NCBI GenBank assembly: GCA_965222375.1
Contig: CBDCTZ010000012.1
Location: 704,129 to 768,128, forward strand
DNA from: Polyangiaceae bacterium
GTDB taxonomy: Bacteria; Myxococcota_A; Polyangia; Polyangiales; Polyangiaceae
Direction: 5' to 3'
DNA: 64,000 nt
Part shown: positions 28,431 through 37,778 of the stretch, one piece after another
Numbering within the stretch: position 1 is the stretch's first letter
Layout of the letters: every line of letters begins with the position of its first letter
Position numbers and translations under genes: made by a program
The notes under the pieces: generated by a model
Database searches by the model: none
What the model saw: only the letters and a program-made list of their open reading frames with translations
Told to the model about the DNA's origin: nothing

Positions 28431-29375
28431 ATGCGGATGACGATCTTTACGTGGGCATTGGGCGTGTCGGCCAGCGCCGTCTTCTTGGCTGCAGGCTGTG
28501 GCAGTGACGATGACGGTGGATTGGGTGGCGACCCCTCAGGGGATGCCGGATTGGACGCGGTGTTGACCACCTGCAATTCGTCCCAGGCGCACATCGAGGC
28601 CTGTACCCAGCTGTCAAAAGAGTATTGCGGCAAGCTGTTCAGCTGCGATGTGGATTTGGCGACTTTGAGTCAGTGGGACCAGAAGCTGTGCGAGGACGTG
28701 CAACAGAGTCAGTGTTTGCGCCTGACCCACGATTTCGGCGTGGAAGCGGACATGACCGCGGCCGCCGCGACGCGGATTCAGAGCATGAGCTGCGGCGACT
28801 TCTTGAACGACGTCGGCGAGTTCGTGCCCTTCGCCGGCATTGCTGCAGATGGCGAGCCTTGCAACCACAAGACCCTCTGCTTGGGCGACAACAAGGTGTG
28901 CAGTACTCAGGTGCAGGGTGAGACTGGCGTGTGTCAGACGCCCACGTCCGTTCCCTGCAAGTTGGTAGACTTGGTGTACGAATGCCCGACTGGGCTGATC
29001 TGCAACGTGCCGTCCAAACAGTGCGTCGTGGTCTCCACCGGCGGTGCTCGCCCCAAGGACCCGGGCGCGGCCTGTGGCGTCGGCGACACTTGCGCGGGCA
29101 CCTTCGTTTGTATGGGCGGCAGCTGCGTGCGTGGGGAACCCGTCGAAAAGCAGTCCAACACCGGCGCGCCGTGTGGAGGTCCGCAGAACTTCATCTGTGG
29201 TCTGGGCTTGGTCTGCGTGGGCGGGGATGACGGCGACGTCACCGGGACCTGCGAGCCCGCAGGCGAGGAGGGGCAGCCGTGTCCCACGAACTTGAATCCC
29301 AAGATCTCCAGTCCTCTGTGCGTGGGCGGGTTGCAGTGCGAAGGTGGAACTTGCGCCGTGCCGGGCTGTAAGTAG
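28431..29375 (+). CDS. Cys-rich lipoprotein of unknown function
   Basis: Lipobox AAGC; repeated GxxC...CxxGLxC units. Confidence 0.75.
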   Translation: MRMTIFTWALGVSASAVFLAAGCGSDDDGGLGGDPSGDAGLDAVLTTCNSSQAHIEACTQLSKEYCGKLFSCDVDLATLSQWDQKLCEDVQQSQCLRLTHDFGVEADMTAAAATRIQSMSCGDFLNDVGEFVPFAGIAADGEPCNHKTLCLGDNKVCSTQVQGETGVCQTPTSVPCKLVDLVYECPTGLICNVPSKQCVVVSTGGARPKDPGAACGVGDTCAGTFVCMGGSCVRGEPVEKQSNTGAPCGGPQNFICGLGLVCVGGDDGDVTGTCEPAGEEGQPCPTNLNPKISSPLCVGGLQCEGGTCAVPGCK

Positions 29376-29435
29376 GCGAGTCCCCGAAACCTGCGTCGGG
29401 AGAATCGTGCCCTGCCGCCAACGTATGAGGTTCCC

Positions 29436-31463
29436 GTGAAGGGTTGTTGCGTCTGGGCTTCGATGTGCCTTTCCTCGGCTTGTGGTGGCGCGCCGCCAGC
29501 GCCGGAGTCGGCGCCTGCTCCGCGCCCTTCCGTAGCCGTGCCGCGAGCGGCGTCGGCGCGGTCCGGTGGCGAGCCGAAGGGAGTCGAGCCGCCGCCACCG
29601 GCTCGAACCGTGGCGCTCAAAGTCTACGACGAGTTCGTGGCAATCCGACTGCCCCCGCTGCCTCAGCGCCACTTGACCGATGCCGAGCTCATCAGGCTCT
29701 TGCCGCCGGCATTGCGAGTTCGTGTGACTCGCGCGTTGCGCGCGGAGGCCGCCCTCACCAAATTGAGTCGCAAAGCCTACGACCACGAGGCAGCAGTCTT
29801 TGAGTGCGAAGAACGATCCTGCCCCAAGCTGGGTGCCCTCGAGGCCCAGTTGAAGCATGCCCGCGACGCGGCAAGCAGGCGCTACGACTTCCTCGAAAAA
29901 GAGAGAAGCCAACTGCAGCTCGCACTCGAAACTGCGCTGAAGCGGAGGCCGACGGTTGGCGCAGCGCTGGCGATGGCGCGCGTCGAAGAGTTGGCCGAGC
30001 GCTTGTCGAATGTTGCCACTTACAACAACCCAGCAGCGACGCGTCTGCGGTTTGGGTGGCTTTCGAAAGACAACGCCCTGCCCAGTTCGCCCTTGGCGAT
30101 CGCAGCCTATCGCCGCGCCGCTCTCCTAGCTGCCGGCAAGCCCCGCCTCCAATCCTGGGCGCACTACGGTGCGGCCACTCACCTGTTTGCAGCGGCCAAG
30201 CTCGACGGCGCCCTGAAGGAGCTGGAGGCAGCGGCGAAGTCTCCGCCGCGGGATCTAGCGCAGGAGATCCAGCTTCGCATGGCCGTTTTGCATTCGGCTG
30301 CTGGCGACCATGAGAGTGCCCTGAAGTCGCTGCAGCTTGCCCAGCAGGCTGCGGGTAGCCTGCTATCGCGTTCTGACTTTCTCGCTCTCGAAATGCTCGA
30401 GCAGTTTCGCGCGGGTGAACATGCCAAAGCACTGCGTGCGGCGGTTCTCTCCCTGCGCGCGCCCCCGACCCATGGGGCAAGTTGGTCGGCTGCACCAAGC
30501 ATCACACTCAATGGCCGTGAGAGGATCGCGGTGGACTGCCTCGAGCAACTCGGCGACGGCGCGTTGAAAAAGAGCGGCGCCACCGCTGAGATTCAGTCGC
30601 TGCTGCTTGGACAGCTGGCTCGGCGCCACTACTATCGCGACGACTTGCCGCGTGCGCGTGGGGCCGCTGAGGCGGCGATCCGGGTCGCACCGAAGGCTGG
30701 CGAAGCGCGCGTCGCCTACAAAGTTCTGGCTGCACTAGCCCGCAAGGCAGGCGACGCCGCTCAGACGAAGATTTGGAAGGGCAAGGAGCAGGCCTTGCGT
30801 CCAGCGAAGTCTGCTTCCGCCAGGGCGGGGCTGCTGGGCCTTCTTGGCTCGCCCAGCCCCGAAGGCCGCGAGAAGAAGTACCTCGACGGTTCTATCAAGA
30901 AAGCCGGGTCGACCGAGGAGCGTCGCGTCGCTTCGCTAACCCGGTTGTGCCTGGAGCCGTCGTCCGCGGATCTCGAGGATAGCGATGCGTTGCGCAGCGT
31001 GACGTTGCGCGTGCGCGTGAGCAAGGAGGGTCGCGCCGAGTCAATCTCGGATGAGCGTGGAGTGCTCGCCGACTTTTCCGAGTGTATGTATCAGCAAGTA
31101 CCGCGAGTGTTTCGGGGGGAGACTCGTGACGTTCAGGCAACTCTGGACTTGAGGCACGCTTCGCAATCTCGGATGGCCGCGCAGTTCAGTGCTGCCTTCA
31201 AAGCCGGCGACGGGCCAGGCTTTGGAGCCATGGGCTTGGGACGACTCAAAGGTGGATCCCTGGGTGTGGGCGGAAGCCGAGGCCTGGGTAGCCGGGGAAG
31301 TGGCGCCGGTGGTGGTGGAACGGGCGTCGGCATTGGTGGTTTGGGCACTCGTGGGCTCGGCGGCGGTCGGGGCTTCGGGAGCGGCCAAGGTCGCTTCGGC
31401 GCGGGCGGCCGTAAGAAACCGCCCGCGACCCGACCAAAGAAACCGAAGAAACGAGTCCCCTAA
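29436..31463 (+). CDS. TPR-like lipoprotein with Gly-rich, Lys/Arg-ending C-terminus
   Basis: SSAC lipobox-like start; long Ala/Leu helical region; GLGxxG-rich tail. Confidence 0.65.
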   Translation: MKGCCVWASMCLSSACGGAPPAPESAPAPRPSVAVPRAASARSGGEPKGVEPPPPARTVALKVYDEFVAIRLPPLPQRHLTDAELIRLLPPALRVRVTRALRAEAALTKLSRKAYDHEAAVFECEERSCPKLGALEAQLKHARDAASRRYDFLEKERSQLQLALETALKRRPTVGAALAMARVEELAERLSNVATYNNPAATRLRFGWLSKDNALPSSPLAIAAYRRAALLAAGKPRLQSWAHYGAATHLFAAAKLDGALKELEAAAKSPPRDLAQEIQLRMAVLHSAAGDHESALKSLQLAQQAAGSLLSRSDFLALEMLEQFRAGEHAKALRAAVLSLRAPPTHGASWSAAPSITLNGRERIAVDCLEQLGDGALKKSGATAEIQSLLLGQLARRHYYRDDLPRARGAAEAAIRVAPKAGEARVAYKVLAALARKAGDAAQTKIWKGKEQALRPAKSASARAGLLGLLGSPSPEGREKKYLDGSIKKAGSTEERRVASLTRLCLEPSSADLEDSDALRSVTLRVRVSKEGRAESISDERGVLADFSECMYQQVPRVFRGETRDVQATLDLRHASQSRMAAQFSAAFKAGDGPGFGAMGLGRLKGGSLGVGGSRGLGSRGSGAGGGGTGVGIGGLGTRGLGGGRGFGSGQGRFGAGGRKKPPATRPKKPKKRVP

Positions 31464-31472
31464 ACTTCGCCA

Positions 31473-31607
31473 CTCGTTGGTTGTCGGTTGGGTGGGGTTG
31501 GGGTCGCATCCCTGTGGCAACTCAGGCCACTACTCGCGACCTAGGCCAAGACTTGCCAGTCAGGGAGCAACAAAACCGCAAAGCCCAACCCATCAACCAA
31601 GCTCGAG
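31473..31607. other. Long imperfect palindrome (rod-like hairpin), candidate ncRNA or repeat element
   Basis: Nested complementary arms TTGGTTG/CAACCAA, GGTTGGG/CCCAACC, TCCCTG/CAGGGA, TGGCAA/TTGCCA and GGCC/GGCC around a central TCGCGA. Confidence 0.6.
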
Positions 31608-31670
31608 CCGCCGGCGTCCGTGGGAGCTCACGAGGAGCCGCCCGTTTTCGTACCGTTTCTCGACTGCTAG

Positions 31671-31742
31671 TGGGCGCAGCTGGGTTTGAACCAGCGACTT
31701 CGACCGTGTGAAGATCGCACTCTACCGCTGAGTTATGCGCCC
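31671..31742 (-). tRNA. tRNA-Val(CAC), 3' CCA not encoded
   Basis: Reverse complement GGGCGCATAACTCAGCGGTAGAGTGCGATCTTCACACGGTCGAAGTCGCTGGTTCAAACCCAGCTGCGCCCA folds as a cloverleaf with anticodon CAC. Confidence 0.95.
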
Positions 31743-31913
31743 GTCCGACGGCCGTGCCGTAGGAAGGCGAAGCGATAGCTTAGCTCCGGCACCAAATCAA
31801 CGTGTCTTGGCGCGGATCGCCGGCGATCTGGGGGCGCTGCGGCCCCCTCATCGGGTTTTTTCGCTGGAAAATGCATGGTGGGTCCGAGCGGTTGTGATAG
31901 GAGCGAGCCCTGG

Positions 31914-32624
31914 ATGACCGAAGCGCTCAAAGCCGAGCTTCTCGCCATCGAGCGCGGACGCAAAAAGGACCGCATCCTGGGGCTGGCCGTGGTTCTGGTC
32001 GCCTTCGCCGCCTGCTTGGCGCTTTCATATTGGGCGAAGCTCGCGTCGCGTCCCGAGGTTGCCCAGCCGCCGGGCCCGCCGACCACTGAAGGTGTGGTGG
32101 GATACCCCGCCGCCATCGATCCCATCACGATCCTGCCGGTGGTCCGCAGGCTGACCCCGCGACCGGCGCTGCGAGGCATGGTGCTGGAGGCGGTCAAGTC
32201 CGATGGAACCATCGACGTGGGCGAGGGACCCGGTCGCGCGCGCTACTCCTTCCAGAGCGCCCAAGGCCACGGGCCCCAGCCCCCGCGCCCGGCTGGCACA
32301 TTGCCGCGTCGCCACTATTGCGGAAAGCAGAACGTGCATCTTCGTAAAGAGGGGCTCGTGGCGGATCCGGATGCAACGGACTTCCCTTGCTCGGCTGTGC
32401 CCTTGGATGCGCTGCCGGATCCCCGCTGTGGGCCCCGGGAAGTGTGGGCTCAGGCGATCAAGGAGGGCGCGCCGAAAGACCGCATGGCGCGCATCGAATA
32501 CTATCGCAGCCGTGCGGGACCGGCGTGGCGCTTCGATCTGCCCGGCACCTCTCACCGATTTAGCCTGTACGGTGATTGCGTGCGCAAGCTCGACGGCAAA
32601 GAGGCCGTTGGAAGCGTGCCCTGA
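31914..32624 (+). CDS. Hypothetical single-pass membrane protein
   Basis: TM ILGLAVVLVAFAACLALSYW followed by an extracytoplasmic domain with 4 Cys; start uncertain (31875 or 31914). Confidence 0.65.
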   Translation: MTEALKAELLAIERGRKKDRILGLAVVLVAFAACLALSYWAKLASRPEVAQPPGPPTTEGVVGYPAAIDPITILPVVRRLTPRPALRGMVLEAVKSDGTIDVGEGPGRARYSFQSAQGHGPQPPRPAGTLPRRHYCGKQNVHLRKEGLVADPDATDFPCSAVPLDALPDPRCGPREVWAQAIKEGAPKDRMARIEYYRSRAGPAWRFDLPGTSHRFSLYGDCVRKLDGKEAVGSVP

Positions 32625-32669
32625 CTGTCGCCGGTAGCCGCAAAAGGGTTCTGGGTATCCGCGAGTTCG

Positions 32670-33296
32670 TTAGCTCAAGGACAGGGCACGGCGAAGCTGC
32701 TCCCAGAGGGCGTCCCGCCCAGTGCCTGCTTTCGCTGAGAAGCCCAGCAACTTGAGGCCGGACTTTTCGCGCGCATCTCGCAGGGCGGTCTTCTGCTGAG
32801 ACTTGGATAGCCGATCGAGTTTCGTCGCAACCCAAATGATCTGTATGGGGCGACCGCGCTGGGCATTGGTGTGTTCGATCAGATCAGCGAGTTCGAGTTC
32901 GTCGGATTCGGGGCCGCGTCGAACGTCCACCAGGATGACGATGGCGCTCAGGCTGACTCGCTCGGCCAAGTAGCCTTCAATCAGCTTCGCCCAACTAGCC
33001 CGTTCCGCCTTGGAGCGTTTGGCATAGCCGAAGCCGGGCAAGTCGACGAGGTGCACCTTCGGTCCGTCCGCAAGCTCCGCTTCGAAGAAGGTGACTTGGC
33101 GCGTGCAGCCCGGTGTGGAACTGGTGCGTACGAGGTTTTTTCGCTGCAGCAGGCAGTTGAGTAGGCTGCTCTTGCCCACGTTGGAACGACCCGCAAAGGC
33201 AACTTCGAGCAGCGTGGGAGGTGGCAACGACGCCTGGCTTTGAGCGGCGGCAACGAAATTCGCTGCGACGACCCGGCTGCGATCCGGCTTGGACAC
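32670..33296 (-). CDS. engB: Ribosome biogenesis GTPase YihA/YsxC
   Basis: EVAFAGRSNVGKSSL, TSSTPGCT, VDLPGFGY, ATKLD, FSA. Confidence 0.95.
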   Translation of the reverse strand: MSKPDRSRVVAANFVAAAQSQASLPPPTLLEVAFAGRSNVGKSSLLNCLLQRKNLVRTSSTPGCTRQVTFFEAELADGPKVHLVDLPGFGYAKRSKAERASWAKLIEGYLAERVSLSAIVILVDVRRGPESDELELADLIEHTNAQRGRPIQIIWVATKLDRLSKSQQKTALRDAREKSGLKLLGFSAKAGTGRDALWEQLRRALSLS

Positions 33297-33354
33297 CGGA
33301 GAACGATAGCGGTGGAGGGGCCGACGACCAAGCTCACAGCCCAGCGACGCCCGT

Positions 33355-34995
33355 TCAGTCGGTGGCCCGGGGCCGGCCGAGCCTGCGCAGCAGACCGTCG
33401 CTCAGTACCCTGAGCTCTGGGCTTCGAACCAGGTGAGCTGCCAAGAAGAACACGATCACGAACACGATGCCCGCGCCCAATCCGGGCAGGATGCGTTCGA
33501 AGGCCCCATCTCCGACTCCGGCATCGATGCTTCGGGCCGTGAAGACCGCTGCCGCGGCGGCTGCGCCGGCCGCCAGCAGTGTGCGCGCTGCAGAGCCCAC
33601 GATTTCGCCCATGTGCATGCTCGAGAGCTTGCCCCGAAGCAGCACCAGGAGCAGCAACATCTGCGCGATGCTGGCGCCGGCGACCGCCAGGCCGATCCCG
33701 ATGTGACCGAAGGGACCGCGTAGGGTCAGGGCGAGGGTGACGAACACGCCCAGGTCGAGGGCCGCGACGATCACCGGAGTCCGAGTGTCTCCGAGGGCGT
33801 AGTACACGCTCACCAGTTGCCGAACCGCGGCGACGGCCCAGATCCCAATCCCTTGGGCCATCAAGGCGCGGCCGGTTTGCTCCGCTGCGAGAGCATCGAA
33901 GGCGCCGCGTTGGAAGATCACCACCACGATGGGCTCAGCAAGGGACACGAACAGCGCGGTTGCTGCGATGCCGACGAACAACGCCAGGCGCAGGCCGTAG
34001 GCGAAGGTCTTGGCGACTTCTGCATGCTCTCCCCGTGCGGCCAGGGCGGCGAGACTCGGCAAGGTCGCGCTGGACAGCGCCATGACGAAGATACCTTGCG
34101 GGAAGTCGCACAAGCGCAACGCCCAACCAAAGTAGCTCTGGGCGCCCTCGCCCAATTCCGAAAGGAAGCGGCGCGCCAAGATCACGTCGACGTAGTAGAC
34201 GCCCAGGCCGATCAGCACTGGGCCCATACGTCGAAGCGCTTCGCGGACTCCCGGATGGCGAAAGTCGAAGGAGGGCAGGGAAAGGTAGCCGATGGCCCGG
34301 AGGCTGGGCCATTGCGCCACGACTTGGAGCAGGCCGCCAATGAGTGCGCCGATCGCCATCGCCAAAATGGCGTCGTGGCCTCCGCGGGTGAGCCACGTGG
34401 GCAGGCCGAAAGCGCAGGCAATGAAAGCGACGTTGAGCAGGGCCGGCGCGAAGGATGTGACGACGAAACGCTTGTGGACGTTCAGCGCCGCTACGCCCAG
34501 CGCGGCGGTGCCCATGAAGAAGATGTAGGGAAAGACCCAACGGGTCAGCGTCACCGTGCGCTCGAACTGCCCCGGCTGGTCGCGAAACCCGTGAGCAAAG
34601 AGATCGACCAAGGCCGGCGCAAGCCACACGCCAGCGAAGCTGACCAGGATCAGGATTAGCAGGGATAGCCCGCGCAGGGACCGGAACAGGGTCCGGGCCG
34701 AGGTCTCTCCCTCCTGCTCTTTGGTCTTGGACAGGACCGGCAGCACGGCGTTCTGCACGGCGCCTTCGGCCAGAAGCTGGCGCAGGACGTTGGGGATTGT
34801 GAACGCTACGAAAAAGGCATCCGTGGCTGCCCGGGAAAACAACGCGGCCAGGGCTTGGTCGCGGCCAAGGCCCAGAAGTCGGGAGGCCAGGGTCCCAGCC
34901 GCCACGATTCCGGCCCGGCCCGTGATGGCACGGCGCTCCGCGTCCCCACTGCTTGGGCGGTCGGGGGAAGAAGGAGCGCCAGAAACCACCGCCAC
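33355..34995 (-). CDS. murJ: Lipid II flippase MurJ
   Basis: SRLLGLGRD, DAFFVAFTIPNVLRQLLAEGA, YYALGDTRTP; many TM segments; start approximate. Confidence 0.95.
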   Translation of the reverse strand: MAVVSGAPSSPDRPSSGDAERRAITGRAGIVAAGTLASRLLGLGRDQALAALFSRAATDAFFVAFTIPNVLRQLLAEGAVQNAVLPVLSKTKEQEGETSARTLFRSLRGLSLLILILVSFAGVWLAPALVDLFAHGFRDQPGQFERTVTLTRWVFPYIFFMGTAALGVAALNVHKRFVVTSFAPALLNVAFIACAFGLPTWLTRGGHDAILAMAIGALIGGLLQVVAQWPSLRAIGYLSLPSFDFRHPGVREALRRMGPVLIGLGVYYVDVILARRFLSELGEGAQSYFGWALRLCDFPQGIFVMALSSATLPSLAALAARGEHAEVAKTFAYGLRLALFVGIAATALFVSLAEPIVVVIFQRGAFDALAAEQTGRALMAQGIGIWAVAAVRQLVSVYYALGDTRTPVIVAALDLGVFVTLALTLRGPFGHIGIGLAVAGASIAQMLLLLVLLRGKLSSMHMGEIVGSAARTLLAAGAAAAAAVFTARSIDAGVGDGAFERILPGLGAGIVFVIVFFLAAHLVRSPELRVLSDGLLRRLGRPRATD

Positions 34996-35142
34996 AGGCT
35001 GTAGCGCGGGGCCGCCGGGTTTACGAGTTTTTCGGGCCCTCCGGGGAGCGCCGACGGGGATACCCCGATAGCGCACAGGGATCGAAGCAGGGCCCGACGG
35101 GATCGAGAGGCGTGCGCCGCCGAGGGCGACGCTCCAGTGCGC

Positions 35143-35682
35143 TCAGCCGAAAAGCTCGTCGTGCACTTCTTGCAGGATGGCTTGGGAGTCCGCGGGAGTC
35201 AGATCGAAGGCCCGAGCCAAGGCCTCGATGGCAGCGGCCTCAGCGTGAGCCACATGGTCGTCTACGAAGGCAACGCCTGCTGCCAAGCGGAAAGCGAAGC
35301 CCCGAGCGTCGGCATCGGATACTCGCGCGCCGACTTTCTCCAAACGCGCCCGCCAGCCGTCTCGGGCTAGCTTCTCGTTGAAGTTCTCGAGCAGCCCACT
35401 CAGATCCAGACCTTTGACGTTGTGCATGTCGACGATGGCCTGGAAGCTCGCGGCCAACTGCTCGAGTTCTTCCCGGCTGACATTTCCGTCCACTGCAGCC
35501 ATCAAGAACATTGCCTCGAGGGTTGCTTCGAACTCAACGGCTTGGGCCTGCTCTACTGCGCTCAGCAGTTCTCCTGGCCGCATGCTCTTGGCATGCGCTT
35601 CCGCCGCTTCCGCGGCACTCACCCCCGTTGCCAACTTTCTGAGCCGCGCGTCTAGAACCATGCCCTGGAGTCTATCAGCCAC
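35143..35682 (-). CDS. TerB family protein
   Basis: EAMFLMAAVDGNVSREE and AFVDDHVAHAEAAAIEALA. Confidence 0.8.
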   Translation of the reverse strand: MADRLQGMVLDARLRKLATGVSAAEAAEAHAKSMRPGELLSAVEQAQAVEFEATLEAMFLMAAVDGNVSREELEQLAASFQAIVDMHNVKGLDLSGLLENFNEKLARDGWRARLEKVGARVSDADARGFAFRLAAGVAFVDDHVAHAEAAAIEALARAFDLTPADSQAILQEVHDELFG

Positions 35683-35739
35683 AGGGGCGCATGGGTAAAC
35701 GTGTAAACGCCCAAACGCCCAAACACCTCAGGCTCCAAG

Positions 35740-36462
35740 TCAGCTCGCGTGCGCAGCGAGGGTTGCTTCCACCAGCTCGATGACCGGCGCCGCGTCGTTG
35801 GCGCCCACCGCGTTCATCTCTCCGTTTCGCGCCTCCGCCATGGCAAGACGTAGCGGCGCGCCGATGCGGCTTGGCCCGCCGCCGCAGGCGCGACATACCA
35901 ATCCCCCCCGGGTGGGGTCGAAAAAGGCCGGTTTTTTCTGGGGACAAGGGGCTCCGCAGCCGACGCAAGCTTCGAGCTCCAAGCCCCAACCGATGCTCTC
36001 GAGGAGGGCCAAACCATAGGCGGCGAGGGCGCCCGCGGCGCTGGCCATGGTCGCCGAGTTGAGCGCGTCGAGCAGGGTGATGGTGTGTCGCCACAGTCGT
36101 GTCTCGGGTGCGCGCTCCGGCGCCGCGCGTCGCAGCCAACCCAGTGCGCGACCTGCGGCCTCCATCGCTTCCAAGTTCGAGAGCAGTTTGGTGCGCACGA
36201 GTTCGATCTTCGCCTCACGCAAACTCATGAGCTCCGCGCCAGCGCGTTCGCTCAGCTGCACGACGATGGTGTGAAGTGGTTCCAAGGCGCCGCCGAAGCG
36301 CCGCTGACTTCGCTTTGCATGTCGCGCGATGGCGGAGACTCGACCGAGTTGCTCGGTGAACAAGGTCAAGATGATGTCGGCGTCGCCAGTCGCCACGCGC
36401 CCGACCACGAGGGCGCGGGTCTGGTGTTGGAGTGACGCCGCGTGTGACCGCGGCCGACCCAT
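35740..36462 (-). CDS. recO: DNA repair protein RecO
   Basis: GDADIILTLFTEQLGRVSAIARHAKRSQRRFGGALEP; C-terminal CxxC...GGLVCxxC. Confidence 0.92.
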   Translation of the reverse strand: MGRPRSHAASLQHQTRALVVGRVATGDADIILTLFTEQLGRVSAIARHAKRSQRRFGGALEPLHTIVVQLSERAGAELMSLREAKIELVRTKLLSNLEAMEAAGRALGWLRRAAPERAPETRLWRHTITLLDALNSATMASAAGALAAYGLALLESIGWGLELEACVGCGAPCPQKKPAFFDPTRGGLVCRACGGGPSRIGAPLRLAMAEARNGEMNAVGANDAAPVIELVEATLAAHAS

Positions 36463-36890
36463 CAAGCCCGCCAGAGCGAAGTGGGCTTGGCTACCGACAA
36501 CTCTTGGGGTTTGTCGTCGCCGCGGGGCTTGAGCACGATGCTGAGTGCTAGGGTGAACAGAATCAGCAGCAGAACGAAGGCAATCGCGACCCCAAAGCGG
36601 CGGCCGCGCGCAGGCTTGGAAGGGCTCGAAATGGGCAGCGGCGTGACCCACGCCACACGTCGGCTGCTGGTGTAGCGAGCCAAGACTTCATCAGGTTGGA
36701 GGCCGACCGAGAGGGCGTATGATTTCAGAAAGCCGCGAACGAAAACTTCGCCGGGCAGCTCGTCAAAGCGATCCGTCTCAATGCGTTCGACGCTGGACAT
36801 GGGCACACGCGTCGCGCGCGAGATTTCCTCGATGCTCATGCTTCGAGTCTCGCGGTGGCGGCGCAAGAACTGTCCGACCGTCTCCTCCAT
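36462..36890 (-). CDS. RodZ-like HTH protein with a single TM
   Basis: VGQFLRRHRE..SMSIEEIS..TR, LPGEVFVRGFLKSYA..VGL; C-terminal TM. Confidence 0.85.
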   Translation of the reverse strand: MEETVGQFLRRHRETRSMSIEEISRATRVPMSSVERIETDRFDELPGEVFVRGFLKSYALSVGLQPDEVLARYTSSRRVAWVTPLPISSPSKPARGRRFGVAIAFVLLLILFTLALSIVLKPRGDDKPQELSVAKPTSLWRA

Positions 36891-36904
36891 TGCGGCGCAT
36901 GAGC

Positions 36905-37708
36905 CTACTTGAGTTTCGCCATCATGGAGCGGCATTCTTTGCCCGTCGACGATTTCGCCGACAGCTCGAGACAGCGCTTCCAGTCGGCCTCGGCGTCGGC
37001 CGCGCGACCCAGTCGTTGATGCACCCGGCCCCGAGCCAGTAGGGCGTCCTGCAGTCCGCCACAGCCAGGTGCCTGGGTGTCCAGTGCCTGGCCCAGGACT
37101 TCCGCGGCCTCGGTCAGGTCACCCTTGCGCTCCAGAGCGAGCCCGAGGCGGAACGCACCCACGCAGAAGAGGGGCTGGGCCGCCAGTGCGCGTCGCAGGG
37201 CGTCGATGGCCAGGTCCAGTTTGCCTTTCTGCAGGTAGGCCCAGCCCAGATTCCCCCAGGCGTTCTCCGGGGTCTGGTACAAGATGTCGTCGGTAAGGGG
37301 TTTGAGCACCGCGATCGCGTCGTCGTAGCGCTTCTGGTGGATCAGAACGACTCCCAGGGTGTTTTTCGCCTCCCGGAAGTCCTTCTTGGCTTCCAGAGCC
37401 ATTCGGGCGTGCTTCTCGGCCTCCTTCAGGCGGCACTCGGAGTCTCCGGTGCTGCAGAATTCCAGATAAATCAGCCCCACGAGATGGGCTGCGTCGGCGT
37501 TTTCGTCGTCCAGATCCACCGCCTCCAAGGCGTGAGCCAGGGCTTTGCGGGGTTTTCGTTGGCGCAGCCAAAGATCCCGGGCGATGTCGTACTCGCTCTC
37601 GCTCATCCGAATTGGGTCGCCGCCCGGTGTTTTCGACCCGGATCCGCCGCCGCAGCTCAGCAGCAGGCCGCAGCCCATCGCGGTGAGGAGTTTCGACAGA
37701 ACACGCAT
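36905..37708 (-). CDS. Tgl/PilF-like TPR lipoprotein (type IV pilus secretin pilotin family)
   Basis: Lipobox LLSC; EAKNTLGVV, DILYQTPENAWGNLGWAY, PLFC, C-terminal paired Cys. Confidence 0.8.
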   Translation of the reverse strand: MRVLSKLLTAMGCGLLLSCGGGSGSKTPGGDPIRMSESEYDIARDLWLRQRKPRKALAHALEAVDLDDENADAAHLVGLIYLEFCSTGDSECRLKEAEKHARMALEAKKDFREAKNTLGVVLIHQKRYDDAIAVLKPLTDDILYQTPENAWGNLGWAYLQKGKLDLAIDALRRALAAQPLFCVGAFRLGLALERKGDLTEAAEVLGQALDTQAPGCGGLQDALLARGRVHQRLGRAADAEADWKRCLELSAKSSTGKECRSMMAKLK

Positions 37709-37778
37709 TGAATCCGCAGCATGCGAATAGCGCGCTCATCGAATTGAGTCAATTTTGCGCGCCCATCGGCGTCTAGGC

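Noticed and set aside
31473..31607. SRP RNA or 6S RNA identity for the long hairpin
   Set aside because: Lacks the SRP helix-8 motif and is shorter than typical 6S with no clear large central bubble; left as unidentified.
28431..31670. Genomic island integrated at tRNA-Val
   Set aside because: No duplicated tRNA 3' end, integrase or obvious compositional shift found by eye.
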